The position numbers and the translations under genes are program-made. Below are positions 1-9,372 of a DNA stretch of 19,659 bases, piece after piece (position 1 is the stretch's first letter; the number at the start of each line of letters is the position of its first letter). The notes under the pieces are model-generated. The model did no database searches. It saw only the letters and a program-made list of their open reading frames with translations, and was not told the origin of the DNA. The DNA comes from a bacterium. GTDB taxonomy: Bacteria > Zhuqueibacterota > Zhuqueibacteria > Oceanimicrobiales > Oceanimicrobiaceae. Location: contig JBHHYI010000074.1 of NCBI GenBank assembly GCA_046757525.1, positions 1 to 19,659 on the forward strand. Direction: 5' to 3'.

Positions 1-822
1 CGGAAGAAGCGCAGGGAAAGTGATAAGACGAAAGCGCAACTCTTTTCTTTTGAAAAGGGCATGGGACAACTCAGCGAGTCTCTGGCGGCAATCCTTGCCG
101 AAAGAATCCAAAGAGAATCGATCATTGAGAACTTGACGGCAGCGGAAGATTCCTGTGTACTACATTATAGCCGTGCTGTTAAGAAAGTGAAGGTTCGCGC
201 TAAGAGCCTGATTTTTACAACGCCAGCTTATGTTACGGCAGAATATCTGCGACCATTTGATGAATGGGTCGCCAGAAGATTAGATGACATTGCTTACGCA
301 CCGGTCGCCGTGGTATTCCTGGGTTTTAAGAACAGAGTCCCGTGCAGACCGTTGGACGGTTTTGGCTTTCTGGTGCCCGAAATTGAAGACCGCAAGATCT
401 TAGGGGCCATTTGGAGCTCGACAATCTTCCCAAACCGTGCACCGGCAAGCGGAATGGCGCTAACCACTTTTGTCGGCGGCATGCGCCAACCTGAATTGGC
501 TGAAATGAGCGATGTAGAGCTTTCTAATTTAGTTCTAAACGAACTGAAGGACCTCATGGGACTTGCGGGAAAACCCGATGTCGTCAAACTCAAACGCTGG
601 CAACGGGCGATTCCCCAGTACGAGGTAGGACATCAAAAACGCATGGATGCGATTGCAAAGTTTGAATCTGAGCACCCGGGGGTTTTCATTTCTGGTAGTT
701 TTCGGAATGGGATATCGGTTGGAGACTGCATCCTGCAATCGGAATCCGTGGCAGACAAAGTCCAGCAATTTTGTCAGCGTTCTCAACTCCCGGCAAAAGT
801 CTCGGAAAATTTAACCGTTTAA
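1..822 (+). CDS. hemY: Protoporphyrinogen/coproporphyrinogen oxidase (HemY family), 5' truncated by window
   Basis: Frame is open from base 1 (RKKRRESDKTKAQLFSFEKGM...), so ATG 61 is internal. HemY motifs FSFxxGM, GFGFLVP, LGAIWSS..FP.RAP, RW.RAIPQY.VGH and GISVGDCI are present. Directly upstream of hemB. Confidence 0.93.
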   Translation, partial: RKKRRESDKTKAQLFSFEKGMGQLSESLAAILAERIQRESIIENLTAAEDSCVLHYSRAVKKVKVRAKSLIFTTPAYVTAEYLRPFDEWVARRLDDIAYAPVAVVFLGFKNRVPCRPLDGFGFLVPEIEDRKILGAIWSSTIFPNRAPASGMALTTFVGGMRQPELAEMSDVELSNLVLNELKDLMGLAGKPDVVKLKRWQRAIPQYEVGHQKRMDAIAKFESEHPGVFISGSFRNGISVGDCILQSESVADKVQQFCQRSQLPAKVSENLTV

Positions 823-837
823 AAGTAGGATCAAAGC

Positions 838-1809
838 ATGTTTCAACCACTTTTTCGACCCAGGCGACTGCGAGGTACTCAGGACATTCGGCGTATGGTG
901 CGGGAAACTCGGCTATCGCTGGACGATCTGATTTACCCTCTGTTTGTGACCCACGAAAAGAATACAAGAAAAGCCATTCCGTCCATGGCCGGTCAGTATC
1001 AGCTTTCCATTGATCATTTGGTCGAGGAAGCGCAGATAGTCAAAACGCTTGGCATTCCGGCGATCATCCTGTTCGGCATTCCGGAGCGGAAAGACGCCGT
1101 TGGTTCCGATTCATATAGTGAAAATGGCATCATCCAGCAGGCCCTCAAGGCCGTTAAAGAAACCGTTTCTGGCTTAATGATTATTACGGACGTTTGTTTC
1201 TGTGAATATACTGACCACGGACACTGCGGGGTGATCAAGAACAATGACGTGGATAACGATGCCACGCTGGAATTGCTGGCCAGACAGGCCGTCTCTCACG
1301 CCAAAGCCGGAGCCGACATGGTGGCACCATCGGGAATGATCGACGGCATGGTGGGGGCCATCAGAGAGGGCCTGGACGCGGCAGGATTCAGGAAAATTCC
1401 GATCTTGAGTTATGCTGTAAAATACGCCTCGAGTTTTTACGGGCCTTTTAGAGACGCGGTGGAGTCCGCTCCACAATTTGGCGACCGGCGCACGCACCAG
1501 ATGGACCCGGCGAACATCCGAGAGGCGGTGAGAGAAGCTGAGCTGGATGTCCAGGAGGGCGCCGATATCCTGATGGTAAAACCGGCATTGGCATTCTTAG
1601 ACGTCATCCGGAGAATCAGAGAGAGGTTCGAACAGCCTTTGGCCGCTTACAATGTAAGCGGCGAATACGCCATGGTTAAAGCTGCTGCACAAAACGGCTG
1701 GATCGATGAGAAAGCAGTGACTCTGGAAATCCTGACCTCCATCAAACGGGCAGGAGCAGATTTGATTCTGACTTATCATGCCAAGGATGTGGCACAATGG
1801 TTGGCTTAA
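838..1809 (+). CDS. hemB: Porphobilinogen synthase (delta-aminolevulinate dehydratase), Zn-binding type
   Basis: RPRRLR N-terminus, [14 protein letters not shown]ys triad, [31 protein letters not shown] (catalytic Lys), [15 protein letters not shown] upstream. Confidence 0.98.
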   Translation: MFQPLFRPRRLRGTQDIRRMVRETRLSLDDLIYPLFVTHEKNTRKAIPSMAGQYQLSIDHLVEEAQIVKTLGIPAIILFGIPERKDAVGSDSYSENGIIQQALKAVKETVSGLMIITDVCFCEYTDHGHCGVIKNNDVDNDATLELLARQAVSHAKAGADMVAPSGMIDGMVGAIREGLDAAGFRKIPILSYAVKYASSFYGPFRDAVESAPQFGDRRTHQMDPANIREAVREAELDVQEGADILMVKPALAFLDVIRRIRERFEQPLAAYNVSGEYAMVKAAAQNGWIDEKAVTLEILTSIKRAGADLILTYHAKDVAQWLA

Positions 1810-1839
1810 ACAGCAAATCGTGAAACAGGTAGAGGCCAT

Positions 1840-3123
1840 TTGAAGACCAACGAATCCGAAAAGCTGTTCGAAAAAGCACAGAAGGTACTGCCCGGCGGCG
1901 TAAACAGTCCGGTGCGGGCTTTCAAGGCCGTGGGCGGAACGCCTCTGTTTATTGCGCGGGCAGCAGGCCCTTACTTGTTCGATGTGGATGGCAATCGCTA
2001 TGTCGACTACGTTGGTTCGTGGGGACCCATGATATTAGGACATGCTCCTCCTCGGGTTACGGAAGCCGTTCAAAAAGCCATCGAGAACGGCACCAGCTAT
2101 GGCGCCCCAACGGAACTTGAAATGGAGCTGGCGAGCATGGTAGTGGCAGCGGTGCCTTCCATCGAAATGGTGCGATTTGTCAACTCAGGAACCGAAGCGA
2201 CCATGAGTGCGCTCCGTCTGGCCCGGGCGTACACCAAACGCGACAAGATCATAAAATTTGAAGGGTGCTACCACGGTCACGCCGATATGCTTCTGGTGCA
2301 GGCGGGCTCTGGCGTTACCACGCTGGGACTTCCTGATAGTCCCGGGGTACCGCGCGCCCTGGTGGCGGACACCCTCGTGGCGCAATTTAACGACCTAAAA
2401 TCAGTCGAACGATGGTACGCAGGATTTCCAGAAGAGATCGCCGCCGTGATCGTGGAACCGGTTGCGGGCAACATGGGGGTGGTGCCACCGCAACCAGGCT
2501 TTCTCCAAGGGCTAAGAGAAATGACTCGAGCCCACGGTTCGTTGTTGATTTTTGATGAAGTCATAACCGGGTTTCGGGTCGCCTACGGTGGCGCGCAGTC
2601 ACTCTTTGACGTACTTCCCGATTTGACCTGTCTGGGAAAAATAATCGGAGGCGGATTTCCGGTCGGCGCTTACGGTGGAAGCAAGGAGATCATGCAACTC
2701 GTAGCGCCTATTGGTCCGGTCTATCAAGCCGGTACGTTGTCCGGCAACCCGGTGGCCATGACAGCAGGCCTGGAAACTTTGAGAATCTTGAAAACGGAGG
2801 GTGTCTATGACCGCCTGGATCCTCTGGCCAATGAGCTTGCGGCCGGCATAAAAGAAGCCGCCAGATCAGCCGGTGTGCCGGTGTTCCAAACGCGCGTGGG
2901 CTCCATGTTAGGTTTGTTCTTCACCGATGAAAAGGTGGTTGATTTTCGTTCGGCCAAAACATCAGACGCTGAAAAATATGGCCAGTTTTTTCACAAAATG
3001 TTGCAGCGTGGATTTTATTTTGCTCCGTCGCAGTTTGAAGCCTTGTTTGTTTCACTCGGCCATAGCAAGGAAATCATTGCTGGTACGGTTGCGGCCATCT
3101 CCGAAGCCTTCGATGAATTTTAG
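1840..3123 (+). CDS. hemL: Glutamate-1-semialdehyde 2,1-aminomutase
   Basis: [57 protein letters not shown] (PLP Lys), [18 protein letters not shown] start. Confidence 0.98.
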   Translation: MKTNESEKLFEKAQKVLPGGVNSPVRAFKAVGGTPLFIARAAGPYLFDVDGNRYVDYVGSWGPMILGHAPPRVTEAVQKAIENGTSYGAPTELEMELASMVVAAVPSIEMVRFVNSGTEATMSALRLARAYTKRDKIIKFEGCYHGHADMLLVQAGSGVTTLGLPDSPGVPRALVADTLVAQFNDLKSVERWYAGFPEEIAAVIVEPVAGNMGVVPPQPGFLQGLREMTRAHGSLLIFDEVITGFRVAYGGAQSLFDVLPDLTCLGKIIGGGFPVGAYGGSKEIMQLVAPIGPVYQAGTLSGNPVAMTAGLETLRILKTEGVYDRLDPLANELAAGIKEAARSAGVPVFQTRVGSMLGLFFTDEKVVDFRSAKTSDAEKYGQFFHKMLQRGFYFAPSQFEALFVSLGHSKEIIAGTVAAISEAFDEF

Positions 3124-3253
3124 CACTGCAAGGCTGCAAACGCGTCGGGCTAATCCGTTTGGATCGCTTACATCCGTGCCCGTTCTAACTCTTCTTGCAC
3201 GCTTGTGCAATCTTCTCTGAATACGCTTTTTCCTGCCTCTTGCAACAAATTCC

Positions 3254-3281
3254 TTGCTTTTTAAGCAGACATTTTTAACAT
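3254..3281 (+). promoter_or_regulatory. Possible sigma70-type promoter for the ybdK-like gene
   Basis: TTGCTT (3254-3259), 16-nt spacer, TAACAT (3276-3281) in an AT-rich tract. GGAGG RBS follows before ATG 3329. Confidence 0.35.
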
Positions 3282-3328
3282 TTTATTAAAATCTTGCAAT
3301 GGCTTAGTGAAGAATCGGAGGGGCGCAA

Positions 3329-4429
3329 ATGTTTTCAGACCTAACGATTGGCATCGAAGAGGAATACCAAATCATCGACCCGGAAAGCCGGGAACTGACT
3401 TCGTACATCTCGGAGTTCATGGAACAAGGGGCCATGATTTTCCGGGATCAGGTGAAGCCAGAATTCATGCAGTCCCAAATCGAGGTAGGCAGCCACGTTT
3501 GCCGCAACATCAAGGAAGCACGCCAGGAGATCAAACGTTTGCGCAGCATGGTGGCGGAAATCGCCGACAAGAACAATCGCAAGATTGCGGCTGCCGGCAC
3601 GCACCCATTTTCGCGCTGGCAAAGCCAGATCATCACCGACAAAGAGCGCTACAAAGGCCTGATCAAGGACCTGCGCTACATCGCGCGGCGCCTGCTGATC
3701 TTCGGCATGCACTTACATGTAGGTATTCCGGACCCCGACCTGCGCATCGATACCATGAATCAATTGACTTATTTTCTGCCCCACATTTTGTGTCTCTCCA
3801 CCTCGTCTCCTTTCTGGTTCGGTGAGAATACCGGACTCAAGTCGTACCGAAGTGTCATCTTTGAAGACTTACCGCGAACCGGTCTACCGGAACATTTCGA
3901 CTCAGCCGCTGAGTACGATCACTACATAGAAGTCCTCACCAGAACCAACTGCATCGAAGAGCCCACTAAGATCTGGTGGGACATTCGACCCCACCCTAAT
4001 TTCCCTACCTTAGAGATCAGAGTGTGCGACTGCACCACCAAAATCGATGAGATCATTGCCATCGCCGCGCTTTTGCAGGCCACCGTGGCTAAACTCATTC
4101 AGCTCAGGAAGAATAACCAGACCTGGCGCAACTACCGCAGATGCTTGATAAACGAAAACAAGTGGCGGGCCATCAAAGACGGCATCGACAGCAAACTGAT
4201 CGATTTTGGCAAAGAGGAAGAGGTGCCGCTTCGTTTCCTGGTCAACGAACTGCTGGAATTGATCGACGATGTGGTGGACCAATTGGGCACTCGCGAAGAA
4301 ATCGAGCTGGTGCGCACCATTCTGGAAGAAGGCACCAGCGCGGACCGGCAACTGCGCATCTACAAAGAGACCGGCGACCTCAAAGCTGTGGTGGACCAAT
4401 TGGCCGAAGAAACCGTGATCGGCTGTTGA
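3329..4429 (+). CDS. ybdK: Carboxylate-amine ligase / glutamate--cysteine ligase 2 (GCS2, YbdK family)
   Basis: TIGIEEEYQIID, QIEVGS, AAAGTHPFS, FGMHLHVG, SSPFW.G..TGLKSYR, WWDIRP.P.FPTLEIRVCD, ENKWRA. Confidence 0.93.
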   Translation: MFSDLTIGIEEEYQIIDPESRELTSYISEFMEQGAMIFRDQVKPEFMQSQIEVGSHVCRNIKEARQEIKRLRSMVAEIADKNNRKIAAAGTHPFSRWQSQIITDKERYKGLIKDLRYIARRLLIFGMHLHVGIPDPDLRIDTMNQLTYFLPHILCLSTSSPFWFGENTGLKSYRSVIFEDLPRTGLPEHFDSAAEYDHYIEVLTRTNCIEEPTKIWWDIRPHPNFPTLEIRVCDCTTKIDEIIAIAALLQATVAKLIQLRKNNQTWRNYRRCLINENKWRAIKDGIDSKLIDFGKEEEVPLRFLVNELLELIDDVVDQLGTREEIELVRTILEEGTSADRQLRIYKETGDLKAVVDQLAEETVIGC

Positions 4430-4468
4430 CACATAAAGCTCCCTCAAGCCCTGCCCGTTGGTGGTGGT

Positions 4469-4676
4469 GACAAATGGCTCTCCTCGAAAGGCTACTCTGC
4501 CGTTCGCTAAGCAGCCATCTACCCTCAGCAAGAACTCTGAAACGGTTTGCCTTCGAAGGCATTTTCCTGCAAACTGAAACTGCGACAAGGTCCCCCCCGG
4601 AGCTTTCAGTGGCGCTGCGGCGTCTTCCTTTTTGACCTTTTGGGTCCCTGACTCCACCCACCGTTTCAGAACTCCT
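4469..4676 (-). ncRNA. Candidate unidentified structured RNA (two multi-stem domains)
   Basis: Perfect 11-bp inverted repeat 4536-4546/4660-4670, which extends to 17 bp only on the minus strand through G-U pairs. A second stem, 4469-4479/4513-4523, likewise forms fully only on the minus strand. Several internal hairpins. No match to RNA families I can recognise. Confidence 0.35.
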
Positions 4677-4803
4677 TTTCGACAAATTCAAGCTGCTCTT
4701 TCCGGTCCAGGAACTAAAAAAATTACACTAAAGAAACCCCCCGATGTGCCGATGGATTTACAGATTTCAAGGTAACCTATTAACTCTATCCTCAAGGTAA
4801 ATC

Positions 4804-6882
4804 ATGTCAGAAACACTCTGTGAATCCACTCGTCGCCTGGTGCAAGGCGTCTTCAAAAACAAAGCTCTTGCCGGGTCGATGGCCGCCCTTTGCGCTTCGT
4901 CCCTGTTCCTCTTTCTCCGATGCTCTTTTGAAAAACCAAGCGCTCCATCTTTCGATGTGGACGTGACCCTGCCGCTCATCAGCAAAGTCTACACCATGAC
5001 GGAGATCGCTGAGGATCAATCGGCTTTGAGTGTGGACAGCACCGGATTGCTCAGTTTCGAATTCGAATCGGATCTGGACACGTACTATGTGGGCGACCAA
5101 CTAAAGATTGATGCCATGCAAGAAGACTTCAGCCGTGAAATCGGCAAAGTGTCTGTCTCCTCACCCGGGACGGCTTCGGTGACTGCCCAACTGAGAGAAA
5201 TCCTACCCCAGGCCGACATTTTCGATGGCCAAATAGTCGTGGTTCCGCCCTTCAGTTTTTCTGCCCCAAAAAAAGCGCTGACTCCGTATGATGACTACTC
5301 CTTTGTGCGCATCGACACGGGCAACGTGACGCTGAAAGTGGTCAACAATCTGGCCGTGCCTCTGGGCAGTCCCTTGAGCCTGGAAATCTGGGATACGCAA
5401 CTGGACACTTTAGTCACCTCTGTCAGCCGGGCGGTGCAGGTTTTGCCCGGTCAGACCATCTACTTTACAGTGGATTTAAAGGGTCTTAGGATGCCCAATG
5501 CAATTTCGGTTCGCATGTCCGGTGATTCCCCCGGCAGCAGTGGCAACCCGGTGTTGGTAGAGGCCTCCAGCAATTTTTCCATCGATTCAGAAGTGAGCGA
5601 CCTGCTGGTGACCGAAGCTTTGGCCAAAATTCCCGCGCAGGTATTCTCCAACGAAGAAGCCATCGCCATCGACGATTCGATCGTGGTGACCGAAGCCCTG
5701 GTTTCCAACGGAGCCATTAGCTTTACCATTGGTGGGCAATTTCCTCTGGACGCCTGGATCGTTTATAAATTGCCAGATTTTTACGATGCCTCCGGCCTTG
5801 CGCTGGTGGATTCTGTCTTTGTGACCCGAAATAGCTCACAGAGCTTCACCATTGACCTGAGCAACCATTCGCTGAAACCGGAGTGGGCCGACTTTGGTCA
5901 ACAAAAAGTTCGCTTCCTCTGGACCGTGAAAACCGTCGATTCTGGCAACGAATTGATACGGGTGAAGAGTAGCGACCTGGTTAACGCTGCAGTCCAACTT
6001 TCCCAACTGGATTTTTCTCGGATCTCCGGAAAACTGGGCGGCAAGAAGATCGACATCTCCCAAAATGACTTTACCATAGATGTACCAGTGGATTTGGACA
6101 GCGTATTTTTTGAAAGCGCCAGCATGGAGCTCTTCGTGCAGAACGCAATCAACTTTCCCGCCGCGACCGATATCGTCGTCGAAGGACAAAACGATGCCGG
6201 GGCGATCTCTGAATTACAGGTTAAGGGTGCGATTCGACCGGCTGTGCAGCCTGGCGTGCCTGAAACATCGGTCATCGAACTGAATCAGCAAAACAGCAAC
6301 ATCAAAAACTTCATCAGCATTCTACCCTCGTTGATTCGAGTTTTCGGTCAGGTCAGGATAGGCAGCGACTCCTGGGTTGGAACGGTTTCGAGCAATGACT
6401 TTGTCAGCGGCACCGTAAAGATTCATGCACCCCTGGCCTTGAGGCTTCCTCCACAGACCATTGAGACAGACGCCAACGAATTGGACATCGATCAAGGCAC
6501 CAGAGAGGATATCGAGAACAATCTGTCCTCCGGCAGATTCGTCGCTCAATTGCGAAACCACCTGCCGTTGGGGGCTTCGGCCGAGTTTCTCTTCGGGCAG
6601 GACCAAACGACTCTATTTCAGGCGCCAATTCTAAAAATTGGGCCGGTTGCCGTGGGTGCTGGCAAAGTCGACGCTGCAGGTTTTGTCAACCAATCCCAGG
6701 ACTCGAAAACCGTGCTCGATCTGACAGAGGCACAAATGCAGACCTTTCTGAAGTCGCCTCTGTTTGTGGGCCTGCGTGTTGCCATAGACGGTTCCAATGG
6801 TGAGCTGGTGCGGGTGCGCGGTTCGGACTTTCTCGAGGTTAAATCTTATGCTAAAATACGGTTAAAAGTCAATCAGAATTAA
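4804..6882 (+). CDS. Large probable lipoprotein with about four repeated beta-rich domains, function unknown (true start may be later, e.g. ATG 4879)
   Basis: Hydrophobic stretch ending FLRC-SFEKP (lipobox-like). A motif of the type G-x-h-x-h-x-h-x-N-x-h-P recurs at about 130-138 aa spacing. Coding-like composition over 692 aa. Confidence 0.75.
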   Translation: MSETLCESTRRLVQGVFKNKALAGSMAALCASSLFLFLRCSFEKPSAPSFDVDVTLPLISKVYTMTEIAEDQSALSVDSTGLLSFEFESDLDTYYVGDQLKIDAMQEDFSREIGKVSVSSPGTASVTAQLREILPQADIFDGQIVVVPPFSFSAPKKALTPYDDYSFVRIDTGNVTLKVVNNLAVPLGSPLSLEIWDTQLDTLVTSVSRAVQVLPGQTIYFTVDLKGLRMPNAISVRMSGDSPGSSGNPVLVEASSNFSIDSEVSDLLVTEALAKIPAQVFSNEEAIAIDDSIVVTEALVSNGAISFTIGGQFPLDAWIVYKLPDFYDASGLALVDSVFVTRNSSQSFTIDLSNHSLKPEWADFGQQKVRFLWTVKTVDSGNELIRVKSSDLVNAAVQLSQLDFSRISGKLGGKKIDISQNDFTIDVPVDLDSVFFESASMELFVQNAINFPAATDIVVEGQNDAGAISELQVKGAIRPAVQPGVPETSVIELNQQNSNIKNFISILPSLIRVFGQVRIGSDSWVGTVSSNDFVSGTVKIHAPLALRLPPQTIETDANELDIDQGTREDIENNLSSGRFVAQLRNHLPLGASAEFLFGQDQTTLFQAPILKIGPVAVGAGKVDAAGFVNQSQDSKTVLDLTEAQMQTFLKSPLFVGLRVAIDGSNGELVRVRGSDFLEVKSYAKIRLKVNQN

Positions 6883-6897
6883 TCACAAGGACATTCG

Positions 6898-8175
6898 ATG
6901 ATGAGGAATCAGATTCCAGAAATGAAGTCGGTCTTGACAAGGATTTGCCTATTGATCACGATTTTGCTAGCCAGTTCACTCACCGCACAATCGGGACTTT
7001 CCAATGCGCGCAGTATGGCCATGGCGGGCGCCTACACCGCGCTGGCGAGAGGTGTTGAAGCCCCCAGATGGAATCCCGCCAACCTTGGGTTGTCGGGTAA
7101 GGATGCCTTTAATTTCAATTTGATTTCCGTCGGGCTTGGGCTTTACAACAATAGCTTCAGCAAGCATCAATACGACCTCTACAATGGCAGTTATCTGACA
7201 ACGGAAGACAAAATGGCCATCTTGTCCAGCATTCCGGACGATGGTTTCAAAATAGATTTTGATACAGAAATACAGGCCCTGGGGTTTTCCTTTGGCAACT
7301 TTGCCTTTACCCTGGCAGGCGAGGCCAGTTCAGATTTCGCTTTTTCCAGGGATGCCATCGATTTGTTGTTGAATGGTAACGACCTTGACCGTGCGTACGA
7401 CATTCGAGCTACCGCCGGCGAAGGCTGGGGTCTGACGAGTTTTGGGTTCTCTGCCGGATTTCCGGTAGCCTTGCCTCTGTTCAAAGAATTCTCAGTTGGG
7501 GGCACATTCAAGTACTTAAAAAGCTTTGGCTACGCTAAAGTGAAAGAATCCGAAAACCGGTTCACGACTGAAATTGACGGGTTAAACGGCAGCGGCCGCA
7601 TCGTTGTCGATTACGCTCAGGGTGGCAGCGGCCTGGCATTGGATATCGGGGCCGCGGCCGTGCTAAACAAGGGCTGGTTCTTGAGCCTGGGCATTAAGAA
7701 CATCTTGAACTACATCAACTGGAATTCCGAACCCAAAAGCTTTATTTACACCTTTACACTGGATTCTCTCACCGCTGAGAAGGTTCAGCAAAGCGACATC
7801 GATTCCGTATTCGTCGATTCCAAGCAAACCGTTGAAATCGATCCGTTCACCACTTCGCTTTCGCCTGAGCTACGCTTAGGCATCGCTCATTCCAGCAACC
7901 GATTTGCATTTGCCGTCGACCTGACCCAGGGAATCAGAAGAGTGGCGGGCGTCTCCACAAATCCTCGTGCAGCCATCGGCACGGAGCTTCGGCTGCTTCA
8001 TTTCTTCCCCGTACGCGCAGGCCTGTCCATTGGCGGCAAACACGGCTTTTCCTCTTCTGCCGGTTTTGGCCTGGATTTTTCCGTCTTTTCCTGGGACTTT
8101 GCGGTCAGCAGTCGAGGCGGCCTCTTTTCTGGCCGAGGCATTGGTGCCGCCTTTGGCTGGATGTTCAGATTGTAA
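6898..8175 (+). CDS. Outer-membrane beta-barrel protein (DUF5723 / TraF-like / FadL-PorV-like)
   Basis: Signal peptide, ARSMAMAGAY...NPANLG N-terminal motif, alternating amphipathic strands (GLALDIGAA, PVRAGLSIG), C-terminal ...GWMFRL. 15 nt after the upstream gene, with an AAGGA RBS. Confidence 0.75.
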   Translation: MMRNQIPEMKSVLTRICLLITILLASSLTAQSGLSNARSMAMAGAYTALARGVEAPRWNPANLGLSGKDAFNFNLISVGLGLYNNSFSKHQYDLYNGSYLTTEDKMAILSSIPDDGFKIDFDTEIQALGFSFGNFAFTLAGEASSDFAFSRDAIDLLLNGNDLDRAYDIRATAGEGWGLTSFGFSAGFPVALPLFKEFSVGGTFKYLKSFGYAKVKESENRFTTEIDGLNGSGRIVVDYAQGGSGLALDIGAAAVLNKGWFLSLGIKNILNYINWNSEPKSFIYTFTLDSLTAEKVQQSDIDSVFVDSKQTVEIDPFTTSLSPELRLGIAHSSNRFAFAVDLTQGIRRVAGVSTNPRAAIGTELRLLHFFPVRAGLSIGGKHGFSSSAGFGLDFSVFSWDFAVSSRGGLFSGRGIGAAFGWMFRL

Positions 8176-8184
8176 AATGGAGAA

Positions 8185-8272
8185 GACCCTGGCAGACGTT
8201 CAAGGACGTCGAGCGCTTTGACTGCAGCGGAAAAGCCTATGTTGCCCGGGTGCCACTTCCGCTGGCAGGGTC
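8185..8272. other. Three-way-junction-like inverted-repeat structure in the 3' region of the barrel gene
   Basis: GACCCTG 8185-8191 / CAGGGTC 8266-8272; GACGT 8195-8199 / ACGTC 8206-8210; CAGCGGAA 8225-8232 / TTCCGCTG 8257-8264. Confidence 0.3.
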
Positions 8273-8416
8273 GTTCATGCAAGATGAATTTCTTTTATGT
8301 TTTGTTGAACCAATCATACGGTTGTTTAAGTTCCAATCAATTAAATACTTGACAAACCCATTGCTTTTCGCATATTTCGGTAGTCGCGCACAATCCCCTT
8401 TTAAAGGAACCAAACA

Positions 8417-8553
8417 ACGGCTGCTGAATTAACTCTTGAACAATGCTCCAAACTCACAGAAGATCAAGCAAGAGATTACCTTGAACAAAAAAGCTGAAAG
8501 GTAAAAGATTGTTTTATAAAGAAAAGCATAAATGGAAATTCTTATTGCATTGA
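8417..8553 (+). pseudogene. IS1595-like transposase remnant (N-terminal helix joined to C-terminal tail, core deleted)
   Basis: AAGGA (8404-8408) precedes ACG (possibly a mutated ATG), then AAELTLEQCSKLTEDQARDYLEQK. In another frame, from 8500, GKRLFYKE. These resemble the IS1595 N-terminal 'TEEQARxYLE' and C-terminal 'GKRLTYKEL' motifs. Confidence 0.58.
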
Positions 8554-8604
8554 GCACAAAATTTTACTATTTTTTAATCGTGTACAATAGGAGACGAAAA
8601 CGCC

Positions 8605-9198
8605 ATGTCAAAAAATAACAAGCCCAAAACACTGAGGGAATATAATACCCTAACGTTTGAGGATCCCCAGTGTGGTGGGGAGAAAAAATTGCGTGAGCTT
8701 ATTTTGTACATCGCGGATCAATGCTTCGAAGATCGTTATTTTGGTGCAACAAAATTAAACAAAATATTGTATTTTGCTGATTTTGAATCGTTTCGTCGTT
8801 ATGGAAAACCCATAACTGGCGTTCAATATCAGAGACTTCCAGAAGGCCCAGCACCAGTAAGATTGTTACCAATCCGACAACAAATGGAACGGGACGGCGA
8901 TGTTGTTCTAAAAGAAGTCATAACGATTGGGGGCATCCAGAAACGATTGATTGCATTGCGGAAACCCAATCTGAATATGTTTTCTGCGCAAGAAATTGAT
9001 ATTGTTTATCAAGTAATTCGAGAACTTTGGAATAAAACCGCTAAACAAACCAGCAAATTGACACATGGCTTAAGTTGGCGTATTTATAACGATTACGATC
9101 TTATGCCTTATGAGTCTATACTTCTTGACGATGAAATCACACAAGACGATGTAGAAAGGGCAAAAGAACTTGCCGACAAACATGGATGGAATGAATAA
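8605..9198 (+). CDS. Panacea (DUF4065/SocA-like) domain protein, putative antitoxin
   Basis: KLRELILYI, G.TKLNKILYFADF..F..YGKPITG..Y.RLPEGPAP, S.LTH..SW. AGGAG RBS. AT-rich coding sequence. Confidence 0.85.
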   Translation: MSKNNKPKTLREYNTLTFEDPQCGGEKKLRELILYIADQCFEDRYFGATKLNKILYFADFESFRRYGKPITGVQYQRLPEGPAPVRLLPIRQQMERDGDVVLKEVITIGGIQKRLIALRKPNLNMFSAQEIDIVYQVIRELWNKTAKQTSKLTHGLSWRIYNDYDLMPYESILLDDEITQDDVERAKELADKHGWNE

Positions 9199-9200
9199 GT

Positions 9201-9372
9201 TTGGCTACGAGTTCGAAGAATAAAAAACCAGAGAAATCTCCTAACGAAAAACCATCCTCCTTGACACCCTATGAAACTTTCAGAAGCTTTCAAGAAAGCT
9301 ATGAAGTACCAGCACCCAAACAAGACAAAAAACAACGCTGACAATTCTGATTCATGTTTTAAGACATTTTGA
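9201..9372 (+). pseudogene. Possible frameshifted small Lys-rich ORF inside the element
   Basis: TTG 9201 gives MATSSKNKKPEKSPNEKPSSL. A +1 shift at about 9264 continues HPMKLSEAFKKAMKYQHP...* (TGA 9370-9372). Confidence 0.3.

Noticed and set aside
4466..4530. c-di-GMP-I (GEMM) riboswitch or SRP RNA (GACAAA...GAAA...CGCTAAGCAGCC)
   Set aside because: Only superficial similarity: the second GEMM hairpin/receptor and the SRP CAGG-GNRA-AGCA geometry are absent.
4640..4662. tmRNA/tRNA 3' end (GACTCCACCCA)
   Set aside because: No preceding T-arm and no matching 5' acceptor strand.
4010..4691. Minus-strand ORFs of 215 and 103 aa
   Set aside because: Overlap ybdK antisense, with no recognisable motifs or RBS.
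8178..8272. tRNA-Sec candidate (TTCAA in a stem-loop at 8199-8203, ~90 nt structured)
   Set aside because: No 7-nt CTTCAAA anticodon loop, no TTCRA T-loop, and no acceptor stem or CCA geometry.
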